From an uncultured bacterium (GTDB lineage Bacteria; Fermentibacterota; Fermentibacteria; Fermentibacterales; Fermentibacteraceae), in NCBI GenBank assembly GCA_964603785.1, contig CAZRWD010000001.1:485638-549637 (forward strand): 64,000 bases of DNA, in the 5' to 3' direction. How positions within the stretch are numbered: position 1 is the first letter of the stretch; each line of letters opens with the position of its first letter. Of this stretch, positions 1 to 10,300 are shown in pieces. The notes under the pieces are model-generated. The model ran no database searches and was not told the origin of the DNA. It saw only the letters and a program-made list of their open reading frames with translations. The position numbers were made by a program, and so were the translations under genes.

Positions 1-1424
1 GCCCGGAGCGCGGCGGTCTCCAGCCTCTCTATGGTCCTCCTGACCGGGGAGTCCTGCGGCAGCTCCATGAGGGCGAGCCCGGCGTTGCCGAGTATCCCCA
101 TGAGGAGGTTGTTGAAGTCGTGGGCGATCCCCCCCGCGAGCACGCCCAGGCTCTCCAGCTTCTGCGTATGCTGGATCTGCCTCTCCAGAAGGCGCCTCTC
201 CTCCTCGATCCTGCGCCTCTCGGAGGAGTTCCTCAGTATGGCGAGGATGCCGGTGACACCCTTCTCGGTGATCAGCGTCGCATTGAGCTCGAAGGGGATC
301 TCCCTGCCCTCCCTGTCCAGGAGTACGGTCTCGTAGATCTGCGGGAGGTCCTCCCCCCCCAGCCTCCTTATGTGCCAGTCGAGCAGCTTCTCCCTCTCGG
401 AGGGGGCGACGAAGTCGACGAACGACCTCCCGGCCGTCTCGGAGGGATCGAAGCCCAGGACCTGGTGTATGTAGCCGTTGCCGTACTGCAGCCTGCCGTC
501 GAAGACGAGTACGATGCCGTCGCTCGCCCTCTCCGCCAGGGTGCGATATCGCGTCTCGCTCTCCGAGAGGGACTCCTCGGATCTCCTCTTCTCGATGACC
601 AGGGCTGCCGATCCGGCCAGCGTGAGCAGGGCGTCCTTCTGCCTCTGCTCCATGGAGGCGCCGCTGGAGTAGCCCTGGACTGTCATGACGCCGACGATCC
701 TGTCCTCCACCGTGAGCGGGACTCCGAGCCACCACTTGGAGAGGACGCCTATCAGGTCGACCTTCCCCGAGCTTATGAGGCGCGTCATGTCGGCCTCCGT
801 GAGCAGGGTCGGGACTCCGCTCCGGAGCACGAGCTCCGTCATCCCCCTGCCGGGGTGCCTGGGCTCCGGCTGCCAGTCGTACCTGTCGACGTAGTAGGGA
901 AAGGAGATCAGGTCCGTATCGCTGTCATAGAGGGCGATGTAGAAGTTCTCCGCCTCCATGATCTCGGAGATGATCCCGTGTATGGCCCTGTAGAGCGAGT
1001 CGGTGTCGGGGGTCTTCAGTCCGGCCTCGATGATCCGGCGGGTCGCGTCGTGGAGCTGGATCGAGTACCTGCGCTCGGTGGTGTCGTGGGCGAAGAGGAG
1101 GTATCCGCCCGGTTCGGCGTCCTTCGGTGCCAGGCTCACCGCTCGCGTCAGCCTGAACCTGCCGTCCGGCCATGGTGTCTCCGTGCCTGTCGCGATGCCG
1201 CCCGGGGATGCGGCCGTGATCGATGCGATGTCGGGGGGGAGGTCGGCGCCCGTCCAGAGGTCGGCCCACCTCGCTCCGGGCTCGAGCCTGCCGCTCCTGA
1301 GGGCCCGTTCGGCTGCCGGGTTGGCCCAGAGCACGGAGAACCGCTCGTCCAGCCGGACGACGGCGTCCTCTATGCCCGCGAGTATCGCGTGCTGTTCGCT
1401 CCCGGGATCGATGACCGCGTCCAT
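1..1424 (-). CDS. Sensor histidine kinase, PAS-GAF-PAS-HisKA (partial; HATPase_c lies beyond the window edge)
   Basis: Reverse-strand translation from ATG at 1424 gives MDAVIDPGSEQHAILAG...; it ends at the window edge in an H-box ...LESLGVLAGGIAHDFNNLLMGILGNA. This frame is absent from the ORF track because it runs off the window. The plus-strand ORF 120..1511 is its antisense shadow. Confidence 0.85.
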   Translation of the reverse strand, partial: MDAVIDPGSEQHAILAGIEDAVVRLDERFSVLWANPAAERALRSGRLEPGARWADLWTGADLPPDIASITAASPGGIATGTETPWPDGRFRLTRAVSLAPKDAEPGGYLLFAHDTTERRYSIQLHDATRRIIEAGLKTPDTDSLYRAIHGIISEIMEAENFYIALYDSDTDLISFPYYVDRYDWQPEPRHPGRGMTELVLRSGVPTLLTEADMTRLISSGKVDLIGVLSKWWLGVPLTVEDRIVGVMTVQGYSSGASMEQRQKDALLTLAGSAALVIEKRRSEESLSESETRYRTLAERASDGIVLVFDGRLQYGNGYIHQVLGFDPSETAGRSFVDFVAPSEREKLLDWHIRRLGGEDLPQIYETVLLDREGREIPFELNATLITEKGVTGILAILRNSSERRRIEEERRLLERQIQHTQKLESLGVLAGGIAHDFNNLLMGILGNAGLALMELPQDSPVRRTIERLETAALR

Positions 1425-1533
1425 GGGGTCCGCCTGGAGTCGGGTTTGTACGGGTCGTGCCCCCGGCCCCGCCGGGGGAGCAAGCCTCCATCAATCGATC
1501 ACGCCGATTAAATGATGATTCCTGCGGTTGCTG

Positions 1534-1823
1534 TCATCCCTCGGAGGGATCGCCGGCGCCCGCGGCCACTATCATCACCGAGCGGCAGGGCAGCGTCCTG
1601 ATGGTCACCGTCTTCATCAGCCGGGAGAACGAGCCCTTCTCCAGTATCCATGTCGACCCGGGGCGAGGGAGTAGCGTGACGCCCGTCTCGTGCAGGACGA
1701 CTGCGGCCGCGGAACCCGAGGCGGCGAGACGGACCCTCGTGGGCATGCACAGGAGGGAGGGACCACCCGGGAGGCGCATGAGCCAGGGCGGGTGCAGGGA
1801 CCGGGCGGGGCGTCGTCCTTCCA
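1534..1823 (-). CDS. Hypothetical small protein (about 96 aa), possibly PilZ-like; weak
   Basis: In-frame ATG 48 bp downstream of the mutS stop: MEGRRPARSLHPP...VVLHETGVTLLPRPGSTWILEKG.... It has an RxxxR motif but no clear DxSxxG. It fills a 450-bp gap between mutS and the kinase. Composition is GC-driven, so it may be spurious. Confidence 0.2.
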
Positions 1824-1871
1824 TGGGCGGATGATAGCAGATGTCGCGGCGGATGTAAACACCAGTTTGCG

Positions 1872-4397
1872 TCAGCCCAGCATGGCCTTCAGGTCGTACA
1901 GGAGCTTCAGCGCCTGAACCGGGGCGAGGGAATCCGGGTCGACGGCCCTGAGGAGGTCCAGCAGGCCGTCCGGAGGGGCTTCGAAGGGGATCTCCATCTG
2001 CGGGTCGTCCGACGGGACCTCGGTGCTCCCCTCCCTCTCCAGCCTCGCCAGTATACGCGCCGCCTTCGACACGACCCTCACGGGCACGCCCGCCATGGCC
2101 GCCACGTGGAGCCCGTAGGACCGGTCGGCGGGTCCTTCGGCCAGCCTGTAGAGGAAGACGATGCGCCCCCTCGACTCCCTCACCTGCACGCTGGCGTTCG
2201 AGGCGCAGGGGAGCCTGGCCCCCAGCCTCGTCAGCTCGTGGTAGTGCGTCGCGAAGAGGACGAGGGGCCTGTGCCGCTCGTGGTCGTGCATGTGCTCTAT
2301 CATGGCCCATGCGAGGGCGAGGCCGTCGTATGTGCTCGTGCCCCTGCCGATCTCGTCGATCACGGCGAGGCTCGCCGGGGTCGAGGAGTTGAGGATCGAG
2401 GCCGCGTCCGCCATCTCGAGCAGGAATGTCGACTGGCCGCGCACGATCCTGTCGGCGGACCCGATCCTCGTGAAGAGCCTGTCCATCGGAGAGAACCTCA
2501 TGGACACCGCGGGTACGAAGGACCCCGCCTGGGCCATGACGAGCATCTGGGCGGCCTGCCTGAGGCAGGTGGACTTTCCGGCCATGTTGGGGCCCGTGAC
2601 AATGAGGATCCTCCGGTCGGCATCCAGCCTGACGGAGTTCGGGACGCACTCGCCCCGCGGCAGGATGACGTCGAGGACGGGATTGCGCCCCTCCTCGACG
2701 ACCAGGCACGGACCCTCCTCGATCGACGGCCTCACATACCCCTTCTCCGCCGCCATGGCGGCCATCCCGCAGAGCACGTCGATCGTCGACAGCACGGCCC
2801 CCGCGGCCCTTACACGCCTGGCCCCGGAGGCGACCCTGTACCGGAGGGCCTCGAAGATCTCCCTCTCCAGGGTTCCCACGCGCTCCTCCGCCCTGGAGAG
2901 CCTGGATTCGGCCTCGCGCAGCTCCGGGGTCGAGTACCGCTCCGCGTTCGACAGGGTCTGGCGCCTGGTGTAGGTGTCGGGGACCCTGTCGGAAGCGCTG
3001 GCGGGGACCTCGATGAAGTATCCGAACACGCGGTTGTAGCCTATGGAGAGCCTCGGTATCCCGGTCCTGAGCCGCTCCTCCGCCTCCATGGCGGCTATCC
3101 AGCTGCGATCCCCCCCTGCCGCGTCACGGAGGGAGTCCAGTTCCTCCGAGACGCCGCGGGCGACTGTCCTGCCGTCGCCGGGGCGCAGCGGCGGATCGGA
3201 GGCGAGGGTGGTCCGTATGTCCGCGCCGATGTCGTCCAGGGTGTCCATGACGGCCGCCTCGGCCAGCAGCGCGGAGCCGCACCCGGACAGGATCCCGGCC
3301 ATCGACGGAAGGAGCGCTGCGGTGGCTGCCACGGCAGCCAGGTCCCTCGGGTTGCTCTTCCCGGTCAGCAGCCTCCCCGACTGCCTCTCCAGGTCCGCGC
3401 ATCCGGCCATCAGCTCCGCGAGCCGTCCTGAGAGCCCGTTGCCGAGGATCTCCTCCACCGCATCGTGCCGCATCGAGGTGACCGCGGGGTTCCTCGGGGG
3501 AGCCAGCAGCCAGCTCCTGTAGAGCCTGGAGCCGCCCGGGGTGGTCGTGCGGTCGGTGGCGACCGCCAGGACCGCCTGACGGTCGGGACCGGCGGTATCG
3601 ACGAGGTCCAGGGCGAGGGCGCTCTTCCTGTCGATCACCAGGTGATCCTCGACGCTGTAGAGCCCCCCGAACTCGAGGGTGGAGGACATGCCCCTCTTCG
3701 TGTCCTCGATGTAGGAGAGCAGCGCTCCCAGGGCACCTGCGGCGACCGGGCGCCCCTCGAGCCCCAGGCCTTCGAGGGTGGACACTCCCAGGCGCCTGTG
3801 GATCGCCTGGACGGCGGCCTGCATCTCGAACCGCCAGGGCTCCAGCACGGTGGCCGCCATCCCCGGGGGAGCCTCGAAGTCCGATCCCTCCGGCAGGAGG
3901 ATCTCCCTCGGGCAGCGCCTGAGCATCTCCCCCGCCGCCGTGGGGAGATCGGCCTCGATCGCGTCGACGGTCCCCCCCGCAAGGTCGCAGAATGCCGCCG
4001 CCGCGGTCCCGCCCCTCTCCAGGAAGGACGCGAGGAGAGCCGTCTCGGTTGCCTCCAGGGCCTGGCCCGAGACGAGCGTCCCCGGGGTGATCACCTCGGT
4101 CACCTCCCTGCGGACGAGCTTCCTGGCCTTCGCGGGGTCCTCCGTCTGCTCGCAGATCGCCACCCTGCACCCGGCGGCTATCAGCCTGGGCAGGTAGCTG
4201 TCCAGGGCGTGGACGGGGAAGCCGGCCAGGGGTACGGGATTCCCGGTCTCCCTGTCGAGCTCCCTCGACGTGAGGGCGATTCCCAGGAGCTTCGAGACCC
4301 TTGCGGCATCGTCGAAGAAGGTCTCGAAGAAGTCGCCCATCTGGAAGAGGAGGACCGCCCCGGGGTGCCTCGCCTTCTGCGCCAGGTACTGCTCCAT
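1872..4397 (-). CDS. mutS: DNA mismatch repair protein MutS
   Basis: MEQYLAQKARHPGAVLLFQMGDFFETFFDDA (MutS domain I) and Walker A TGPNMAGKSTCLRQ, followed by DEIGRGTSTYDGLALAWA. The 1094-aa ORF in the track has a 253-aa implausible Arg/Pro-rich N-extension, so the start is placed at the Met preceding the MutS N-domain. Confidence 0.93.
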   Translation of the reverse strand: MEQYLAQKARHPGAVLLFQMGDFFETFFDDAARVSKLLGIALTSRELDRETGNPVPLAGFPVHALDSYLPRLIAAGCRVAICEQTEDPAKARKLVRREVTEVITPGTLVSGQALEATETALLASFLERGGTAAAAFCDLAGGTVDAIEADLPTAAGEMLRRCPREILLPEGSDFEAPPGMAATVLEPWRFEMQAAVQAIHRRLGVSTLEGLGLEGRPVAAGALGALLSYIEDTKRGMSSTLEFGGLYSVEDHLVIDRKSALALDLVDTAGPDRQAVLAVATDRTTTPGGSRLYRSWLLAPPRNPAVTSMRHDAVEEILGNGLSGRLAELMAGCADLERQSGRLLTGKSNPRDLAAVAATAALLPSMAGILSGCGSALLAEAAVMDTLDDIGADIRTTLASDPPLRPGDGRTVARGVSEELDSLRDAAGGDRSWIAAMEAEERLRTGIPRLSIGYNRVFGYFIEVPASASDRVPDTYTRRQTLSNAERYSTPELREAESRLSRAEERVGTLEREIFEALRYRVASGARRVRAAGAVLSTIDVLCGMAAMAAEKGYVRPSIEEGPCLVVEEGRNPVLDVILPRGECVPNSVRLDADRRILIVTGPNMAGKSTCLRQAAQMLVMAQAGSFVPAVSMRFSPMDRLFTRIGSADRIVRGQSTFLLEMADAASILNSSTPASLAVIDEIGRGTSTYDGLALAWAMIEHMHDHERHRPLVLFATHYHELTRLGARLPCASNASVQVRESRGRIVFLYRLAEGPADRSYGLHVAAMAGVPVRVVSKAARILARLEREGSTEVPSDDPQMEIPFEAPPDGLLDLLRAVDPDSLAPVQALKLLYDLKAMLG

Positions 4398-4408
4398 GAG
4401 GGGGGTCC

Positions 4409-5344
4409 TCAAGGCCGCCCCCCCAGGAGGGCGAGGGCCGCCCTGTGGATCTCCAGGGGCAGGAGGGCCCTCCTGCAGGCCTCGTCGCCCATCCTGCAGC
4501 TGTCCGCTCCGTGCCTGTGGCAGGGGCTGCAGGGGGCGGCCGGTCCGATCGAGCCCTGGAGATCGAAGAAGCCCAGAACAGGCGAGGTGGAGGTGAAGAC
4601 GACCAGCGTCGGGACTCCGAGCGCCCTGCCGGCGTGCGCCGGACCGGAGTCGGGGGAGACGAGCAGCGAGCATCTCTCGATCGAGCCGAGGAGGCCGTCC
4701 AGGCCCGATCCCGGATCGGAGCGGGTCACGCAGTCCCTCCTTGCCAGGGAGCGGACCGATTCCATGGCCGCCCGGTCCTCCGCTCCGCCCAGCAGCAGGA
4801 CCGAGGCTCCCTCGAGGTCTGCGAAGAGGCGGGCCAGCTCGGCCAGGAGATCCTCGGGAAGGGACTTCATGCGCCATCTCCCGCCGCAGACGAGTCCGAC
4901 GGTGAATTCGGAGGGTGGGGGGCATCGCCTCTCGAGGACCGGTGCGGGATGGCTCTCGGAGCCTGCGAGGCTCGAGAACTCGGAATGCCTCGACGGCATG
5001 GCGCCCTTCCCCTTCAGGGCCGCGGAGCGCCGTCTCCTGTCCGTCCTGAAGCGGTGGACGCGCCTGAGGCCCGTGCCGAGGAAGGTCGTGGCGTTTCCCT
5101 GGAAGTCGAAGATGTCCGCGGATCCGAACCGCCCCGAGATCCCCAGGAGGCTCCATGCGGCACCGGATCCCCGCAGTCCCAGAGGCCTCACGCCGTGTCC
5201 GAACCTCTCCACCACGGGCAGGCAGCCGGCGGCGGTGACGAATGTGACGCCGCCACGGGATGCGAGGTGAGCGGCTGCGGGCTGACAGAGGATGACGTCA
5301 CCCAGGGAGTGCAGCCTTATGGCCAGGAAGCGGCCGTCATCCAT
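4409..5344 (-). CDS. ADP-heptose:LPS heptosyltransferase (glycosyltransferase family 9)
   Basis: N-terminal LAIRLHSLGDVILCQPA and C-terminal GPAHAGRALGVPTLVVF motifs typical of WaaC/WaaF-type GT9. Its stop lies 12 bp upstream of the mutS start, and its start overlaps the upstream ABC gene stop. Confidence 0.8.
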   Translation of the reverse strand: MDDGRFLAIRLHSLGDVILCQPAAAHLASRGGVTFVTAAGCLPVVERFGHGVRPLGLRGSGAAWSLLGISGRFGSADIFDFQGNATTFLGTGLRRVHRFRTDRRRRSAALKGKGAMPSRHSEFSSLAGSESHPAPVLERRCPPPSEFTVGLVCGGRWRMKSLPEDLLAELARLFADLEGASVLLLGGAEDRAAMESVRSLARRDCVTRSDPGSGLDGLLGSIERCSLLVSPDSGPAHAGRALGVPTLVVFTSTSPVLGFFDLQGSIGPAAPCSPCHRHGADSCRMGDEACRRALLPLEIHRAALALLGGRP

Positions 5345-7205
5345 CTGAGAACTGCAGGTCGTACAGCCTGCGGTATCTTCCGCCCATCCGCATCAGCTCC
5401 GTGTGGGTGCCCGACTCGACGATACGCCCGGCCTCCAGGAAGACTATCCTGTCGGCATGCCTGATCGTGCTCAGCCTGTGGGCTATCACGAGTGCGGTCC
5501 TGCCCTGTATGAGCGTGTTGACGGCCTTCTGGACGAGCCTCTCCGATTCCGTGTCGAGGGAGGAGGTGGCCTCGTCCAGTACCAGGACGGCGGGGTCCTT
5601 GAGTATGGCCCGGGCGATCGCGAGCCTCTGCCTCTGGCCGCCCGAGAGGGTGACGCCCCGCTCGCCGATGACCGTCTCCATGCCGTCCGGCAGCTCGTCC
5701 ACGAAATCGAGGATGTTCGCGGCCTCCGCCGCGGCCCGCACCGACTCCAGGGGGATGTCCGCCCTGCCATAGGCTATGTTGTTGCGCACGGAATCGTTGA
5801 AGAGCACCGTCTCCTGCGTGACCACCCCGATCAGGTTCCTGAGGGACGATATGCGGATGTCCCTCAGGTCCACGCCGTCCATCGTCACCCTGCCGGCGGA
5901 GGGGTCTATGAACCTGGGAAGGAGGTCGGCGAGCGTGCTCTTCCCGGCCCCGCTGGGGCCCACAAGCGCCACGACCTCCCCCGCCCGTATCCCGAGGTCC
6001 ACGTCGTGGAGCACCTCCTCCCTGTCGTAGGAGAAGGATACGCCCTCGAACCGGATGCCTTCAGAGAGCCCGGAGACATCCACCGCCCCGGGCTTCTCGA
6101 CGATCCCGGAGCGCTCGTCGAGTATCCTGAAGACACGGTCCCCCGACGCCATGCCGGCCTGTATCCTTGAGTGCGCCTTGGCCAGGTCCTTCACCGGGTC
6201 CATCATGCTGAGGGCGGCGCCGAGGAAGACGAAGAACTGGCCCGTGGTCATCCCCCCTCCGGCGAGGACCGCCTTGCCTCCGTACCAGAAGATGATGCAG
6301 CTCACGACCGCCCCGATTATCTCGGTGAGAGGGCCTGCGAGCGCCTTGAGCCTCTGCAGGGCCGTCTCGTGCCTCGCGTGGCCCCTCAGATGACGCCTGA
6401 ACCTGCCCTGCTCGAAGCCCTCCATGGAGAAGGCCTTCACCACCCTGATGCCCAGCGTGCTCTCCTGGAGGACGGAGGCGAAGTCCGCCATCCTCTCCTG
6501 CGCCTTGTGGCTCTTCCGCCTGAGCCGCCTGCCCAGTGCCGATATGAGCAGGGCGCTCGGCGGGAGGACGACGAATGTGACCAGGGTGAGCCTCCACGAT
6601 GCTACCAGGGCTATCACGAGGTAGATGACGAGGAGGGACGCCTGCTTGGCCACGTTGACCATCGCCTCGCTTATCGCACCCTTCAGCCTGTCGACGTCGG
6701 CGGTCATCCTGCTCATCAGCTCGCCGGCCCTGCTCCGGGCGAAGTACTCGAGGTCCAGGCTCAGGATATGGGTGTAAAGCTTCATGCGAAGGCTGAATAG
6801 AACACCCTGCTCGACCCTGGCCAGGAAGAAGGTCTGCAGTACCGCCGCGACATTCTTGACGAGGATGAGGAGAACGACCAGCAGGAGCACCGCCGCGAGT
6901 GCCTGCTCCGGCCCCGCGAGCCTGAGGGACTCGCGAGCGCCCTCCACCGCCGCCGAGAAGGAGGAGGCGGCCGCGGAGGGGTCGAGTCCGGCGAGGCTTT
7001 CGAAGGCGCGCCCCAGGTGGGGAAGGGCCCTGCCGGCAAGGAGCGCGGGGAGGTCCTCCGCACCGTCCGCGACCGCAGGTCTTCCGAGGATGTCGTCGAA
7101 GATGGGCAGGATCATCCCTATGGAGGCGCCGCTGGAGACCGCGAAGACCACGGCGCAGGTCATCGCGGCCGCGATCGAGGCCCACCAGGGCTTCACGAAC
7201 TCCAT
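5337..7205 (-). CDS. ABC transporter, fused permease/ATPase, MsbA-like lipid A/lipid exporter
   Basis: Six-TM N-terminal domain plus NBD with Walker A GPSGAGKST, signature LSGGQRQRLAIARAIL and Walker B LVLDEATSSLD. Start chosen at MEFVKPWW; the track ORF extends 29 codons further upstream. Sits in an operon with the heptosyltransferase. Confidence 0.85.
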   Translation of the reverse strand: MEFVKPWWASIAAAMTCAVVFAVSSGASIGMILPIFDDILGRPAVADGAEDLPALLAGRALPHLGRAFESLAGLDPSAAASSFSAAVEGARESLRLAGPEQALAAVLLLVVLLILVKNVAAVLQTFFLARVEQGVLFSLRMKLYTHILSLDLEYFARSRAGELMSRMTADVDRLKGAISEAMVNVAKQASLLVIYLVIALVASWRLTLVTFVVLPPSALLISALGRRLRRKSHKAQERMADFASVLQESTLGIRVVKAFSMEGFEQGRFRRHLRGHARHETALQRLKALAGPLTEIIGAVVSCIIFWYGGKAVLAGGGMTTGQFFVFLGAALSMMDPVKDLAKAHSRIQAGMASGDRVFRILDERSGIVEKPGAVDVSGLSEGIRFEGVSFSYDREEVLHDVDLGIRAGEVVALVGPSGAGKSTLADLLPRFIDPSAGRVTMDGVDLRDIRISSLRNLIGVVTQETVLFNDSVRNNIAYGRADIPLESVRAAAEAANILDFVDELPDGMETVIGERGVTLSGGQRQRLAIARAILKDPAVLVLDEATSSLDTESERLVQKAVNTLIQGRTALVIAHRLSTIRHADRIVFLEAGRIVESGTHTELMRMGGRYRRLYDLQFSDG

Positions 7206-7393
7206 GAGCCTCGCGGCCGGGCCTCTCCGTCGCCTGTCGGTCTTCGGGGACAATGCCGGAATCCTCTCCCGCCGATGGAATCGACCGAACATATAGCGAT
7301 TCGACGGGCTGCGGACACCATGCCCGTGAGGATGCCCATGAATATTCCCTCAGATGTATTGACGAACCCCGCGGAGGTGGTTACCCTTGCGGC

Positions 7394-10300
7394 ATGCTCA
7401 CCACGCTTGCCGCTCTGGTCATCATGGCCCAGCCTCCGGCGATCACCGAGGTGATGGCCGATCCTCTGAATGAAGATGCGTGTGAATTCGTCGAGTTCCA
7501 CAACCCGGCCGGAGTGGCCGTCGATCTGGCGGGCTTCTCGCTCACCGACGGAGACGCTCTGGACTACATGCAGGCGTGGGACGAGGCGGTGCACGGCGAT
7601 TTCCCCGATCCCGACGCCGTAACCGGCACGACCCTCATTCCTCCGGGGGCGTATGCCGTCCTCTTCGAGACGGGCTATCTCTCCGCTCCGGCCTACGACA
7701 TCCCGCCGGGCACTGTCGTGCTGACGACCGGCGATGCCTCCATCTGCAACGGGCTGGCTGCCGCCAGCGATCCCCTGACACTGTTCGACGCCGCCGGCAC
7801 GGCCGACAGCAACGCGGTGTCCACCTACGGCACCCCCGTTCCATCGGATGCGTGGCAGGATCGCGACGACGACGGTCTCGACGCCATACCCTTCGATCCC
7901 GGAGACGGGCTCAGCGTGGAGAGGATCGCGGCCTCGTTCCCCGACACGGAGCAGGGGTGGGCCGCCGGGCCTCCGGGGGGCACGCCGGGTCTCCCGCCCA
8001 CCGGCGCGGGGGTGAATGTCGCATGCATCTCCCTCTCGGTCTCCGAAACCCAGCCTCCGCCGGGCGCTGCGGTCACCGCCACGGCGCTCTTCCTCTGCAA
8101 CGGGACCCTACCCTGCCCCGGCGGCGCCCTCACTCTCTTCATCGATTACGATGCCGACTCCACGGCCGGCCCGGGCGACCCGATACTCGCGCAGGCCGAC
8201 GCCGCCGGCCTGCTCCCGGGCCAGGCGGACACGCTCACCGCTACATTCTCCCTCGAGCAGGGCTGGTTCTGCCTCGCGGGCCTGGCGGCCTGCACCGGGG
8301 ACACCATCCCCGGGGACGACCACAGGACTGCATGCGTGGCACCGGGAGGCGGCACGCCGGCGATCGTCACCGAGGTCATGGCCGATCCGCTGTCGGAGGA
8401 CACCGACGAGTTCATCGAGATCCACTTCCCGGGCCCGGGCGCCTTCCCCCTGGCCGGGTCCCGCCTGACCGACGGAGACGCGCTCGACATCATATCCGCC
8501 TGGAGCGGGCCGTTCCCCGACGCCGACGCGGCCCCCTCCCGATGGCTCCCCGCAGGGCGCACGGCCGTGGTGCTCGACCCGGAGTACATCCTGGGCGCCA
8601 CGCCCTACGACCTGCCGGAGTCCACGATCGTCGCGACGGTATCCAACACCACCCTCGGGAACGGCCTGACCGCGGACGACCCGGTGACCCTCTACGGCCC
8701 CTTCGGAACCGGGATCGCCGACGTCCTCTCGACCTACGGCACCCCGACCGACTCCCCGGACCCGCTCCTGAGGGACGATGACGGGCTGGACGGCATCCCG
8801 TTCGATCCCGGAGACGGGCTCTCGGTAGAGCGCACATACCTGTTCGGACCGGACGCGGAGTACAACTGGGCAGCCTCGGTTCCGGGAGGCACCCCCGGGA
8901 GTGTTCCCCAGCCGTCAGACAGCCTCGATGCCTGCGCGCTGTGGATCAGCTTCGAGGAACAGGTGCGATTCGATGCGGACCATCTCATGCAGGCCTCGTG
9001 CGCAGTGATGAACTGCGGCGGAGTCCCGTCGCCCGGATTCGATGCGGTGCTGTTCCTCGACCTGGACGCAGACTCGGCCGCGGGGCCCTCGGAGATCGTG
9101 GCGACCCTCGCCGTGCCGCCGCTCGCTCCGGGAACGACCGACACCCTCCCGGCGCAGTTCACGGTGCAGGACGGCCCGTGGCTCGCCGGCTGCACGGTCA
9201 TGCTTCCCGGCGACGAGGATCCCTCCGACGACACAGTCCTCGGCTGGTTCACCGTCGGGGAGGCCGCCCTCCCCGTGCTGACCGAGATAGTCTGCAACCC
9301 CGGGGACGAGGACAGGGACGAGTTCGTCGAGATCTTCTTCCCCGGCCCGGGGGTGTTCGACGCTGCCGGCTGCCATCTCTCGGACGGCGATGCGGTGGAT
9401 GTCATAGTGCCATGGAGCCCCGGTCACGGGGAGATCTCGGATCCCGACGCGATACCCTCCTCCTTCCTGCCTGCGGGCTCGTGGGCCGTGATCCTCGACT
9501 CGGAGTACGCCTCCGGCCTCCAGCCATGGGATCTGGAACCGGGCACGCGGGTCCTGACGACCGGGAACACCACACTGGGCGACGGGCTCGCCGGCACGGA
9601 TCCGCTCGTCCTCTATACGGCGGGGGGGACGACCCTCGCCGACATCGCATCGACATACGGCACGCCCATGCTCGACGACGATCCCCTCCTCTGTGACGAC
9701 GACGGCCTCGACGGCATCCCGTTCAATCCCGGGGAGGGCCTCTCGGTGCACCGCATCGTCATCGCAGGACCCGACGGCGAGTGGAACTGGGCGGGGATCG
9801 ATCCCACCCCCGGGGGGCCTGCGGAGGGCGTGCAGCCGGGGATCAGCTTCGCCCCCGCCGGCATCCTCCTCGAACCGCCCATGGGAGAGGAGGGCTGGGC
9901 CGTCCAGGTCACCTCCCTGGTGGCCTCCCTCGGAACCGATCCGGCTGCGCCGGGCGACCTGCAGGTCCTGGTCTTCGCCGACGCGGACTATTCGGGCACG
10001 CCCTCCCCAGCCGAGATCGTGTTCTCGGGCCTGCCCGACCCCCCTGCCCCCGGCGACACCATCGCCGTCCAGGCGGCATGGGTGGCCATGGCGGTCCAGG
10101 TGCCCGTCATCGTGGTGTCGACATGCTCCGGGGACAGCATCTCCGCGGACGACACCCTCTCCGTGCTATGGAACCGGCATTACGACATCGTGATCAACGA
10201 GGTGATGTACCACCCGCAGCCGGGCGGGCCCGAGTGGCTCGAGCTCCTCAACGCATCCGACGACCCGCTCGACCTCGCCGGGCTGGTACTCTCCGACTCG

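Noticed and set aside
120-1511. 463-aa plus-strand ORF (and similar long ORFs 1534..2709-, 3124..4170-, 3465..5270+, 6061..7185-, 7576..8781+, 14136..16766-, 17570..19636+, 19731..20873-, 21010..22281+, 22095..23171-, 36752..37648+ N-terminal part, 37549..39048+, 39045..40325+, 41774..43267+, 45755..47083+, 49279..51558+, 51652..52659-, 54949..55689-, etc.)
   Set aside because: These are Arg/Pro/Gly-rich translations with no domain signatures. They lie antisense to, or out of frame within, genes that have clear conserved motifs, which is typical shadow-ORF behaviour in roughly 68% GC DNA.
4397-5156. N-terminal 253-aa extension of the MutS ORF, and similar upstream extensions of the ABC transporter, pfk, hydrogenase small subunit, VanW, SGNH-2, GT-C and T9SS-cargo ORFs
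   Set aside because: The extensions are low-complexity Arg/Gly/Pro-rich and overlap upstream genes. Conserved N-terminal motifs and SD sequences support the internal starts used.
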